Part shown: positions 48,619 through 61,355 of the stretch, piece by piece
Numbering within the stretch: the stretch's first letter is position 1
How the letters are laid out: every line of letters starts with the position of its first letter
Assembly: GCA_028534125.1 (NCBI GenBank)
Contig: CM052825.1
Span: forward strand, 1,736,001 to 1,800,000
Origin: Lama glama
Lineage: Eukaryota
DNA length: 64,000 nt
Direction: 5' to 3'
Made by a program: the position numbers and the translations under genes
Notes under the pieces: model-generated
The model's database searches: none
What the model was told of the DNA's origin: nothing
What the model saw: only the letters and a program-made list of their open reading frames with translations

Positions 48619-50755
48619 GTTGCTCTTTTGCAGTAACAGATGAGGCGCGACTGTGCCCCGCTTCTCCAGCATCTCAGCAAGAAAGACAACAGGCAAGGAC
48701 AACAGAGGAGTTAAAACACAGGAGCCCTAGTCCTGGGGGGCAGGTGGCTGCGCTCTGCGCGCAGGACCGCCGCGGACGGGCCGAGCCGAGCCTTCAGACC
48801 GCGCTCTCCTCCTCCAGTGACGAGGAGTCAGGGCGAGGGGAGCGGGCGCCTTCAGGGCCTTCTGAGTCACCCGCTCAGCCCGGACAGGAGGAGGGCGGGT
48901 CAGCTCTGAGCTGGGCGGGGACCCGGGCCCGGGGTCCGCCCCGCTTGACCGTCATGGCCTCTCATGACATGCCCGCGTCCAGGTCTGAACGCGAACCAGC
49001 AAACGTGTCTGACCACATGAGGGACAAACAGCGCGCACCGCCGGGAAGGGCTCAAACGCCTCCACCGGCCACGCCGCCCGCAGGGCCGCCCCCTCCACCA
49101 GGGCCCTGGAGAGCATTTCCAAGGCGGTGAGCAGTGCATGAGCCACCCAGAGCCCCGGCGGCGACAAGGGCCGCCCACACCGCCCTCCGCAGGGCGGCGA
49201 CGGGGCCTTGGACCTGCCTGGCAGAGCCGCGGGAGTGTCCTTTCCCCTTCAACCGTGGTCGTCGGCCCTGGTCCCGGGCCGTGCCCTCCTCCAAGTTATC
49301 AAGGGCCACAGGAAGCAAGACAAAAACAGCAAGTCTCCTCCAGCCAAGGGGCCAGCGGAAGCCCCAGCCACCGTCAACAGGAAGCCTTGAGCACTGAAGG
49401 GAAAGAGGGCTTCACGTCGTCTCCTCATTGAAACGCTGATAACAAGGGTGACTCCGGAGCAGGCCTTCCTCCTCCCTCTCCTCTGGGTCACGTCTGCCAA
49501 GGTCACTGTGGGGCTGGCGGGGCGCAAGCGAGGACCGGGAACAGCGTGGCCCGAGGACGGAGCCTAGGGATGTTATTAGACCACCGCGACGTCCGGGTAC
49601 CACTGACAGAGGGCGCTTTTTCCCTTTCACGTGCCAGACAGGACAGACCTTTCAGCAGAGTCCCACACAGCGGGGACCAGGTCGGAATGCAACATAGTTT
49701 TAGACACAGAGAGACACCTGGACAGTTGGCTGAGCGTAAGGCTGACCAGCTCACGTGTACATTCCCAGCCTTCGGCTGTTGCACCAGAGGGGAGCCACGT
49801 CCGACGGCGCTGGCCTGTCGTGTGTGTGCGGTAACAGAAGCAAGACACCTGGATCCGAATCTGGACTCGGGGTTGGCCGCGAGCGGCCCAGCTGTCAGAA
49901 GGCACTGGTGGAGGGGCAGTGCGGAGGACTCGGGTTTCCCCGGGGTCCGCCGGCCTGCCGAGAGGTCAGGTGTGTAGCAAGTCACCAGGTGGCTGGCGCA
50001 TTAACGAGGGCTCTGCTGGCAACCCGGCCGGCTCCCAGGAGCCCCTGAGAGGACAAGAGGCAACCTGCTACGTCTGGAGAGGGAAAAGCTCCCTGCAGCC
50101 TACTGCAGGTGTCGGGAGACGACTCCAGAGAAGAAGAGTCATCTGCAAGGCCAGCTGGTTTAAGTCTCTGCCAGGGTCGGGGCGGATGGGCGAGGGGAGG
50201 GGACATTCACCATCAGCATCATGTGTGTCGCAGGGCAATGTGACACACGGTGGGGGCATTAAGGCAAGTCCACACCTGCAAGTGATCACTCGCTTCCTGT
50301 ACAGCCGGGGTCGTGGCCTCTCGGGAAACTGGCACAGGAGGCTGAAAAGGCAGCTCGCCCTCTTGGGGGTGGCACTGAGGCCCCGCGGCTGGGGGGTGTG
50401 GGTGCGGGGGCTCTGAGCTCGGCGTGAACTTCACTGCCTACAACCGTCCCCAGGCAACGCTCCTTACTGAGGACTAATGAGTTGGAGAAAAGCCATCTGC
50501 GAAGCCATGGGTTTTGTGTTTGTCATTAATGAGTGTGTGTGCGCACGCACACACGTGGTCCTCGGCCGAACTGTGTCAGAAAAGGAGCAGTTTCTGTGAG
50601 AAGACAGCGAGCTGTGTTGCCGGGCGCGCCGCGTCAACCCCAGGGGGGCCGCTCGGCTTTTCAGTAGTTGCACCAGCCCCCAGGCTTCAGCAGCTAACGC
50701 CGCAGCGGCGCGGCCCCTGCCGGCGGGTGCGTCCGGCCACGGCGGGGGGGGGCCC

Positions 50756-51325
50756 TCACTGCAGCATGATGTCCTTCAGGTTCTCCTGCAGGATGGTGTC
50801 CTTCACGGCGTGGAACACGAAGCGGATGTTCTCGGTGTCTATGGCGGTGGTGAAGTGGTGGAAGAGGGGCCTGCTGCGGTTCCGCCGCTTCCGGTCGAAA
50901 CCCTGGACCAGGTAGCGCTGCACGTCCTCCAGCCTGTGCGGGTCGCCCCGGAAGTCCGGGAAGTGCTTCTTGATGCTGACGGTCTTCACCTTCTCCACCA
51001 GCAGGTCCATCTTGTTGAGGAACAAGATGATGGAGACGTTGAAGAACAGCTTGTTGTTGACGATGGTCTCAAAGATGTTCATCGACTCCACCAGCCGGTT
51101 GGTGCGCCGGTCCTCCATGAGGACCTGGTCGTACTCACTGGAGGAGACCATGAACAGGATCGACGTGATCCCGTCAAAGCACTGGAACCACTTCTGGCGC
51201 TGAGACCGCTGGCCGCCCACATCCACCATCTTGAAAGGGATTTTTTTAATGACAAAGTCATGCTCCACGATGCCCTTGGTGGCCTTCCTTGCCAGCAGGA
51301 TGTCCTGCTTGCTAGGGCAGTAGTT
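50756..51325 (-). CDS. GNA12: G protein subunit alpha 12, last coding exon (residues about 193-381)
   Basis: [24 protein letters not shown]...[12 protein letters not shown]...FLNKMDLL...[12 protein letters not shown]...[11 protein letters not shown]2-G5 boxes present; acceptor AG at 51327-51326. Confidence 0.98.
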   Translation of the reverse strand, partial: NYCPSKQDILLARKATKGIVEHDFVIKKIPFKMVDVGGQRSQRQKWFQCFDGITSILFMVSSSEYDQVLMEDRRTNRLVESMNIFETIVNNKLFFNVSIILFLNKMDLLVEKVKTVSIKKHFPDFRGDPHRLEDVQRYLVQGFDRKRRNRSRPLFHHFTTAIDTENIRFVFHAVKDTILQENLKDIMLQ

Positions 51326-52237
51326 CTGCAAAAACAGGGTAAGGGAGCAAGTCAGGAGGAAGAACGTGAGAAAATAAGAACGAAGAGATGGGGTGGAGCG
51401 GAAGAGAGTGAGACGGACTTCTGCAAGAAGTTGAACTCAATTCCAACAGCAACTTTCACGTATAAAAATACAGACTTACCGTGAAACAGAAAGTGAAGGA
51501 ACTAAGTAGCTCATTTCAAAGTGAATGGGGGCCTATCAGACTGAGGAAGGAGGGTCAGACGCCTCCTGTCAGGCCCCAGCCTGAAGTCCCAGCCACTCCC
51601 TTCCCCACGGGGACCTACCATCCTTTCTCCCCCTGCACCAGAGCTACCCTCTATTTTCCTAACTTCCAGGCCACACGTCTTCCAAAACCTTATTGTGAAC
51701 TGCTTTAAGTTACGTTTTGCAATGCTGTTTAAATTTAGCCTGCAATATATTCAATATTTTATTCTTGGAGGACTCCTAGAGTCTTCAGCAACACACAGGC
51801 AACTGTGGTCCCTCAGGCCGCTTTGATCCTGCGCTACGCAATTCTGCAGTGATCACTGCACACCAGCACTCACGCAGCATCCTCGCCAAAAATGCAGCAG
51901 GGACGGGGCCTCTAGACCCAACTACCAATTCACAAGGCACACGGGGAGAGAAACTTCCTCAAAAGCACTGCAGGGACGGAAGAGCCAAGTCCAGATGGGA
52001 GGAACCCCACATGGGAAATGGTCCAGTCACTCCTGCATCAAATAGAGTGGAAGAAAGAAAAGAGGGAGGGAGAAACCCACAGATGGAAAGGAGCTTCAGT
52101 GACGTGGACCAGCTGCGACGGGTGGGCCTCACCAGGAGGGCGGCTCAAACTGCTAGAATGGCGCAGCGTCCCCAGGGACGTCACTGAGACAAGCGGGGAG
52201 GCTGGCTGATAGTAAGGAGTTACTTCTAATTATTACC

Positions 52238-52332
52238 ATTTTAAAACTGAAGTACAGTTGATTTACAGTGTGCCAGTTTCTGGTGTACAGCAGTGATTCA
52301 GTTATACATGGATTTATTCCTTCTCATTACTG
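52238..52332 (-). mobile_element. L1 3'-terminal fragment (cetartiodactyl-type)
   Basis: tgaagtacagttgatttacagtgtgccagtttctggtgtacagcagtgattcagttataca. Confidence 0.7.
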
Positions 52333-52894
52333 TGGATCTTCCAGGAGAAATCATGGTATCGTGGTTATGATTTTTAGAGCCTTATCTGTCACGAGACACA
52401 CTCTAAAACATCACTGATGAAACGATACGATGATGGTTTGCCCCTGGGGGGTGGGGAGGAGGCTGGTGAAACAAGATGAGTCCTGAGCAGTAACTGTTGA
52501 CCCTGGACTTTCATTAGACTACTTTTGTGTCTGTCTGAATTTTCCGTAATATTTTTATTCTGAAGGAGGCCTTTGTTTGCGGAAGAACTCCTGTCTCCTC
52601 TTGGGAGGCCTGGGCCAAGGCGCTCTCACAGAAACACGGCTTCACATCCCGATTTAGTCGGGACTGAAGGTGCACATGCAAGAAGGTGGGAGCTTCCTCT
52701 GTCCGAGTGAGGAAGTCCTCCCCAGCGCACACGCTTCCCTGCCCGCCCTGACACGGGCCGAGTGGGAGGGAGACGCCGAAAGCCACTCAGGGTCGTCGGG
52801 CACGACAGAGAAAGCCGTCGCGGCTTCGTGGCTCTGGTCCCCGCACAAAGGTTTGCTGACCCTGGATCAGACTTGGGGGTGGGGTCTTACTCAC

Positions 52895-52945
52895 CAGCTG
52901 GCCGATCCGGTCCAGGTTGTCCAGGAAGTACTTCACTGATTCACC
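52895..52945 (-). CDS. GNA12: GNA12 penultimate coding exon (51 nt)
   Basis: Minus strand reads cag|GGTGAATCA...CAGCTG|gtgagt, giving GESVKYFLDNLDRIGQL, in phase 0 with the last exon. Upstream exons lie beyond the window. Confidence 0.95.
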
Positions 52946-55900
52946 CTGTCATGGAGGAAGAAGATTCACGACTCAGTATGGACTGAGGAACCCTCATCTG
53001 GTAACTGGAAGGACCTAACACGGTCAAATGAAGGCTGTCTTGCCTCAGTGTAAACAGGAAGGAAAGGAAAAAGACTAAGTGTACACGTATTTTTTCAAAC
53101 TAAAAACACAATTTAAAAACATTTAAAAATGCAACTTCTATAACTCCGATCCCAAGGTTCAGATTCAGACTGTGTGTCTCCAGGCGCCCCCGCGTGGCTG
53201 TGGTGATGGGCAGGGTGCCGCCCCTCTGACCAAGCTAACCCCGTCCTTCCCAGATGTGGACGCGGCCTGCTCCGGGCCACGCTGCCGGCAAGCCAGACCG
53301 GGAGGTGCAGGCCCTGGGAACAGCTGTGCTTCTGGCAGGGCTGGCCCAGTGCGCTCTAGACACTGTCCTTAAAAACGGTATCGCTTTATGAGAAGAGGCA
53401 AGTTACCAAACACGTTCCAGTTTCTGGAAACAGGCCTGACCTTCCACTTTACATCACATGTTGGTACGACCTGATTTACCGTCTACCACGAGGAGAATCT
53501 TTGGTCTGGACTTCTGCAGGGGAATGGCCAGTCTTCTTTCACCCCCCCGGACATTGTCTGGACAGAACGCTGATACAAACCGAAACTGCCAATCCCTAGA
53601 AGTGCACCTTAAGAATCACCCATGGTCCATTCTCGGAGGAGCTGCACTCCCCAGGGCAGCAGCACTCATGGGTCCAAGAAGTGTTTAGAGGGCCTGCAGA
53701 TGTCGACTTGAATGGAGCGCACAGAGGACGGGGAAAGTGCGCAGGCGTGCAACAGCTCCCCTCAAAGGGCAGGGTGCTGCCTGTTAGCTCCACCCCACGT
53801 GCCCACGGACACCGCTTCCCGCAGAGCTCACTCGGAACCCGCTTGCTGGCAGGGACCAGCAAGGCTGGCGAGGTTCTCGGACGGGGACCTGGGAAGTGGG
53901 CGGCTGCACGCGCATGGCGGTGGTGGGGCAGGGCCACGGCACAAGCAGCAGGCTGACGCTCTCGACTTTTAAGGAGGAAGAGCATCAGAAAGGTACCAGT
54001 TTACAGCTGGGGCTTGTGACGTCATAAAAAAAGAAAACAGGATGAAGATGGACTGGAGCAGCCGCCCCCGGCTTCTCTTCCCCACGTGTCTCCAACAGGC
54101 CTGAAGGAAGAAACCGACGGGTGAATTTCCTTCAGTGACGGACCAGCCTTCCCATTCTAAAATGAAGGCCTTGTGGGATGATTCAGATGAGAGCATTTGT
54201 CTAAGGAGATGGAACACGCTTCCTCCCCATTTGAGCACAGATTGTGAATCACAAGGACGATTTTCCTCCTTGGCATTGCGGGCTGCTGGAGCCGGCACCC
54301 AGCTTCCACCACGCGGCCACCCTGGCCTCGGGCCTCTCCCCACCCCCCAGCCTTCCACGTGGGGAAAGCCTCCATCTGAGTGGCTGTGCACCTTCCCCGG
54401 GGGCTGCGTGCGTGTTCCTGCTCTGTCTGCACATCCCACCTCCTCCCGCGGCCGGACAGGAAACAGCCGGTGAGCGGAGAGTGGCTGCACACGACGAACT
54501 TACGGATTTACGGCTGCCCCTTCCCCGAGACGCCTCTCTCTCCCCTCCCACTGCCCCTCGTGCGGGGCCTTTGGAGGCTCAGCACCGCACAGGACCAGGC
54601 TGGCGAGATCAGTGCACGAGGGACTGGCTCTGGTCACATCTCTTCCTCTGCCAGCAGTGCGGTCCAGCCCACCACAGCTGGCTGAACTCCGGTACTTTCT
54701 GCCAGTGTCACAGGGCAGGTGTGTGCGTGGCAGGGAGCCCATCTGGGTCAAGAATCACTGGCGGAGGCCCCGCAGGGGATGGAGGAAGGACAAAGTAGTT
54801 GTGGGTTAGTCCAAGACGTAGAGGTGGAGGCCGGGAGGAATCACAGGCCGTCAAAAAGGCAACAATAAAGAATGATTCTCCCCTCCTTCCAACGGGGCTG
54901 CCTGGTTAACATAAAATAGAAGCACTAAAAACCCAATGAACGTCTGAAGAATGTCTCGCTGAGGCATTAGTCATTAACTAGCTCAAAACAAATGGAATGA
55001 GTCGGAATCTGGTTTCTTCAGGCTTTTTATGGAAAGCCCCTGTATTTTTATTAACTTATTCAAATAACACAAAGAAAAAAAGCCTTCAAAATGCAACAGC
55101 TCCCCAACTGTCTCTGTTCACCGTATTAGAAATTAAAACTGAGCGAATTTAGAAATACAAAAATATATAAGCACACACCTAGTTAGCCACCAGAGGCAAC
55201 ACTGTCACACGTCACGTGGCCTCTGGAAAGCTCTGCGGTACACTCTTGGGAGAATGGGAGTGAAAAACGCAAACAGTGTCTCAGCATTATTATGAAAACA
55301 GTTCTGAGCAGGCGGGGCCCCTGGAAGGGTCTCAGGGACGCGCACCCCACACTTTGAGGACTGCCCTCGAGGGCTCCAGCGCCGTGCACCAGAGTCCTGG
55401 GCAGCGTGGCGCCACAGCCAAGGCTGGAGGTGGCTGGGCCCGCCGCGAGCGCCCGCGCGCAAGCTGCAGCGCTGTCCGGAGCGAGTGCAGGGAGGGCGGG
55501 GGCGGGGCTGCCGCCATACGCACTGCACATCGCACGGCGGCGCGTCTCAGGACGAGGCGGGGAGTGAGAGGCAAGTGGTGGTAAGACGTTTACACTATTC
55601 CCTACTCACAGGAGGGTCACAAGCGGGCAGAGCCAAGCATAACACGACAGTCACAGGAGCTGAAACACGCACAGTGCTCCCTGAGCGCCGGGCACTGCTG
55701 CAAGCGACATGAGCTCAACGACGAGTCCCCGTTTGACAGACGATAAAACAAGACGGACCGTTTAAGTAACCTGGCCAGTGGGAAGTCATGTGGCTCCTCA
55801 GTCCCTTTAGGGACACACAGAGGGTGAAAACACAGACAAAAGGGAGGGGATAATGAGCCCAAATCAGAATGGCACTTATGGTGGGGCTGGTGCGCGGGGG

Positions 55901-58900
55901 TACAAACTACCAGTGGCGCTCTTACCCTGCGGGGCGGGTGCAGACACGCCTGGCTTACTAGGTTTTGAGCTGTGCATGTTCAGACCCTCGCTGGAGTCAC
56001 ACAGGGTGTGAGAAACAGCTACATATTTTACAATTTCTAAAAAGAGCAAGAGAGAGAAGCCCAGAGAAGGGCATCACAGGACGACGTTGAGGTCGGGCCA
56101 GCCCCTCCACGCGGCTTCTCAGACCAGCAGGCCGACCTTATTAAACACGACCTTTCCACCACTTTTGTCAGAGTCTCACGACTGGGCCTCCTTTCTTGCC
56201 CCCACCTCCTGCCGCCAGAGGCTTTGTCATGACTATAAACACATAAAAATGACACAGACACTCAATTTTAAAAGTATTGAACAAAATAGGGAAACACCTG
56301 GTACTTCAAGGCTGAGCAACTACAAAAAGAAAGGCCTCAGTTAGCAACACGTAAGTGGGGTTCGTGGCTGAGAAAGAAAAGAATTCTGAGTGCCGAGGTG
56401 CGTGCGTTTTCTGAGAGTCTGTCTCCGCTCTCCCCTTTCCTATCACCCATTTTAGCCTGGGGCAAGGAGGAGAAAACGCTGAGAGAGGACTAAAAAGACA
56501 GTAAATGATGAATTACTCAGGATTTCCCGGTAGGGGAGAGGTCACTTTCCCCCACGTTATTCAGGCTCACTTCTGCCTTTGGTCGAGTCCGGTATCCCAC
56601 CCCCGAGGCGTCCCCTAGGCAACCCCACGTTCATCAGCACCCCAAGCGCAACTCCAGGGTGGAACTCCAGGGTGGAGCATGATCGCTGAGGAATCTAAGC
56701 AGTCGATCCCACTGGTCTTTCTCAGACACAACAGGAAGCATTTAAGAGCTAAAAATGCCTTCCCTCCCGAAGTCCATTCCGTGGTTTTCCTTACTTTCAG
56801 GCGTGGTTTGCTCTGTTCTGACACCATCTCACAGGTGCCACGTGGGGCCCGCGAGGGTCCATCCAAGCACACGCACCCCACACCCCACGAATCCCCCCAG
56901 AAACCTTTCAAAACCTGTCACTGCCCCTTTAAGTCTCCCCAACCCCCTGCCTCTAAATCCATCTTCACTTCCTTCTACAGGCAGCTTATCCACGGAGCTA
57001 AGTTTAGCTACCAAATGCTAATCTTCCCTCCAGGGACATCTGAGGTCTCTGCTGGCGGGCCGCCCCGGCAGCACGGCGCTCGCGTCCACGGTGGAATCAC
57101 TGCAGAGCAGCTGGCATCCCTGGGAGCAAGGGCTCTCTCCTCACAACGGTTTTTTTGGGGGGATGGGGGCGGAGGGAGCATCTTTTGGCCGAAGTCTTCC
57201 TCACTCCAACTCATTCCCTCCACCCCAGTCCCGACAGGGCCTGCCTGGTTAGTCCTCACAGTCCACGTCTCGTCCTGGGACAGCTTGTAATTTCTGACCC
57301 AAAGCAGTAAAATTTAAACGGAGCCACAAACGCAACAGAGACGCAGCACAGACCTTAGAAAACCCAGCCGGCCTCCTGCCTCACCTGGCCCTCAGCCGTG
57401 GGGGTCCTCTGAGGTACACTGATGGGAGGGAAAGGCCGACCTGCACAAAACTCCACGGGAAGCTGAGGCCCCAGCTCGGGGGCTTCGCCGCGGGGACCAC
57501 GGAGTGGGCCCTCAAATGGGCCGATGACTTGGCTGAGACCAGACCTCCTGCCGCATGGTTGGAAGGACGGCTGAGCTGGTGACGGAATCTGAGACCTCAC
57601 AGCAGGAAAGTAAAAGGAAAGGAGAAAACCGAGCCAACCTCTCGTTACCTGACGGTGTTCAGGCGATGGGAAGAGACAGCGACACCCTCCCCCGTGGCTC
57701 CCAGCACGCGGCCAGCTCACCTACTTAATTCCCGAGGATAGAAAGAGCTCCCACTAGACAGCGCGTGTTTCCAAAACCAGCCTTTTGACCCTAAACTCAG
57801 AATTTCACCTGATTTACAATCTGGCAACTAATGCTTCTTCTCTCACATTGAATTTGCTATTAAAAAAATTCACGAACAGCCGCCAGGACAGGTGCTGGTA
57901 AACACAAAGATCAGCATGGCTGTGACAAACGGGAGCACGCAGCGGCTGAAAGTGCTGCGACCGCATCTGGGAGCGGCCGGTCCGACCAGCTCTTCAGACG
58001 GCCGCTGAAAACCCACCTCCCGCCGGCCCCCGCCGGCCCCCCCGCAGTCACACCAGCAGAGCGCCACAACTTGGGAGCTACGCAGCCTGCCCAGCTGCCC
58101 ACGGGCCCAGCCCTCCGGGAGCCTGGGCGTCACCTGGCGGCCTCGCACCTGCAGAGACGCCGGGCTCTGCCCTCACCCCGTCCGCAGCCACCGTCCCGAC
58201 CTCAGTCCCTTCGTGAAACATGCAAAGCAGTGGAGAAATCTGTGACAAGATATGCCAAAGAGCTGATTCAAATGCCCAACATTGACTCTCAGGCTGGGGA
58301 GGTGAGCACAGGGCTGTCTCACTTCCAGGAGGAGCTGTAAGGGCCCCGCTTAGTGCCTGGCTGACACGCTCAACACGCCGGGGCTTTGTGAATGACCACA
58401 GACGGGCAAGTGGCTGGACGGGTGCAAACCGCCACCCGGCTGGACAGCACAGCCGGCAACCGTTCTGGGGGCGGCCCTGCACCACGCACCTCATGCTGTC
58501 TCCCATAATCCAGACAGTGTGGTTATTTCAGCCTCGCAGGGGAAGAAACCGAAGCTTAGACGTTAACCTGCCTGAGGTCAGAGAGGCTGCTCAACCCCCA
58601 TGCCACGCTTCATGGCGGAGACCACAGGCCAGCCTCCAGGGTCAAGTGCGAGCGCACTTCTGAGGAGCTGGGTTAGCACAGGGGAACAAGGACAGGAGTC
58701 CCCTTCCTACGAGAAGGCAGTGGCGGGACAGCACACGGGACAGTCGTCTCTGCTCCCGCCCTGCCAGGTGCGGGGCGGAGGAGGGTCAGGGTGCCTCCAG
58801 CTGGATGCTCCCTGGCCACATCCTCCCCCTCCCTCGGGGGACAGAAGGGAGAGAGAAGGGCTCAAAGCAGCCTTCTGTCTGCCAGGCCTTGAGTCATCGG

Positions 58901-60949
58901 CACTGCTCTCAGCTTGGCAGGCAAGGGCCAGCTCTGCTCTCGGGACTGGAGCTGCGGCCGGCCGGGAGGATGGGGGAGGAGGGGGGGACGACCGGAGGCT
59001 GAAGGCAGGGCTGCCCCAGACACGCCTGTGGCCGGGCCGGGCTCCTCACAAAGGGCTCTTGTGTGGCGCTGACAGGTCTGCAGGCGGAGGGTCCGCGCTC
59101 CTGGCCGCGGGACCCCTGGCTCAGCCCTGTTCCTGTGCGGACACTCTGAGCCTGTGCTCCGGGGCAGGCGCTGGCCCGGAAGTCCTCCTCCTCTCTCCGC
59201 CCACAGCCACTCCTCTCATTTTCTGCTGACAAGAAGCCAGCAGGACTTCCTAGGGACACCCCGCACCGAAAAGAAAAGCCAGCGAGACACACGGAGACGT
59301 GGAAAAGCCAGAGGTAACTGACAGGAGAAACTCACACCCCCTCAGCCCACGGCGGGGACCGCGGGAGGTTTGGACGGAATTACTCTGCGGCGGCCGAGAG
59401 CCAGCATGCACTCAGCACCTACATTTATTTGTTTCGTCTGGCAGAGAAATCGCAGAGTCCAGCACAGGGAGCCCACGAAGGATTTCTTCCTTTGGCTTTG
59501 CCAACTGTCTGAGCAAACGCCTGGTCTGAAAAGGCGACCCGGACTCCCCTGACCTCAGCCACAGAGCTGTCTGTTGAGTGGGACGCAGCTCTGCAGGCGT
59601 ATACTGACTTGTTTTCAACTCTGAATGGCCCTATGATCTAAAGCTGGCTCAAGACAAAAAAGAATTATTCCGAGATCTACAAAACCTGGAGAGAACTGCC
59701 ATGAACACTGTCGTGTTCCCCAGCGATGAGCACTGTAAAGAAGGTGCTGGAGCAGGCACCGCCTGGGAACTGTGTTGGATGTACTACTGGGCCACGCCAC
59801 GGTTCTGCAAAATTCAGCACTTCCACTAACTACTCTTACTTACCTTAAAAAAAAAAACACATCAGTAAACCTCAGCCTTTAAGAAGGTTACATTACAAAA
59901 CAAATCAGGCTGAGTAAGGTCATCTTTGTTACTTTAGGTTCCGGTTTGTCGTCCAAAGATCGAATTCAATGCAAGACCAGCCTGTCCAAATCACTTAAAA
60001 AAGTCACGGGCAGTTCAAGAGAGAAGATCAGTCTCACGAAATTACTTTTGTGAAACTGACAATTTGGAGATCCCGCCTCTGTCAGAAACTAAACTTCCCG
60101 ATCAAGTCCCGGTCTCTTTTCGCCACGGTGGGCTTCCTTCCTTGGAGAACCAGAGCCAGATGCAGAGAACTCCTGCCTTGGGCCTTGGGAGCGCAGGGCC
60201 ACGTCCCAGAGGGCGCGCCCCTGCGTGGTCGCGAACGTGTGCGAGTCCCGGTCCGGGCTACTTCTGGGGTTCCTCCTTAGAGCAGCATGAGGGATTTGCT
60301 CAGGGACAGAGCCAAATGAAACGTAAGCCACCCACAGCCTGAGCAGCAGGGGCCCTTGGACAAAGGGCACATTTGACGGGTGTCAATAAACTGCTTCTCA
60401 AAACAACATGTTTTCCACCTTCTCAAACGGGGAACTTTGCTTGATATTTCCGAAAGGAATTTTTTTTAAGCTCAGTAAGTAAAAGAGGGAAGTGTAGGGT
60501 TATTTCACAAAATCTTCCTTCTTACAGCTCAGGGAAGACATGATATTTTATCACACTCGGCACCTAGACTGGGGGTGAAGCTCCCTGTTAAAGGCGAGCA
60601 CTTGCTGGGGAGCTGCGGTGGAGGTGTGTCCAACCCACCCCAGCCCCGCAGACTGGAATGGCTGTGCTGGCGGTCGGCCCGCTGCAGCCGAGGTGGGCAG
60701 TGACGACAGAACCGGGGGGAGCGCCCCTCTCCGTCCACCACTGCTGACTCCACGCGGCTCCGCTGACTTCACCTGGGAAGACAGACACCCCTTACTTTCA
60801 CCAGAACAAGCTCACCTTCAAGAGATCCTGATTCTTACATAACGAAGGGGGAGGAGGAAAGACGGGACAAATACCGCTTATCGTGAAAATCACCTCAAAA
60901 GAACAACATTTCAGCCCTCTTGTAGGCACCATTAGTGAACTGATATTTC

Positions 60950-61355
60950 CTTTAAAAACACTATATAAGAATGCTCATAGCAGCATTATTCCTACAGCCA
61001 AAGCCTGGAAGACAAGCCGAATGCCTGTCACACAGCTGGTGAACAGACAGAGGAAACGTTTACCCACACAATGGAATACGACCCAGAGATAAAGACGAAT
61101 GAAACACTGATACATGCTACAGGATGAAGCAGCCTTGGACGCATCATACTGAGTGAAAGAGGCCCGGCAGGGTTCCATTTACAAGAAACACCCAGAAAGG
61201 CCCCCCGAGACAGAAAGGGGACGGGGGTGCCGCTGGGAGCTGGGAGCTCGGGGGACCTTATGGGGACAGCAGCCGTGTTCTGAAAATGGTTTACGGGGAC
61301 GGCTGCACAACTTGGTAGACTTACGAAAAGTCACTGAATGGTACACTTTTAAAAA
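60950..61355 (+). mobile_element. L1M (MB/MC-like) 3' fragment
   Basis: aagaatgctcatagcagcattattcctacagccaaagcctggaa...caatggaatac...tgatacatgctaca...ctgcacaacttggtagacttac...gtacactttt. Confidence 0.8.

Noticed and set aside
50810-51484. 224-aa plus-strand ORF
   Set aside because: Antisense shadow of the GNA12 last exon
55184-55204. CTCF-like motif gccaccagaggcaac
   Set aside because: Mismatches in the GGGGGCGC core; too weak to call without a PWM score
56650-56675. 13-bp direct repeat aactccagggtgg x2
   Set aside because: Simple slippage duplication in an intron with no spacer structure; not CRISPR-like
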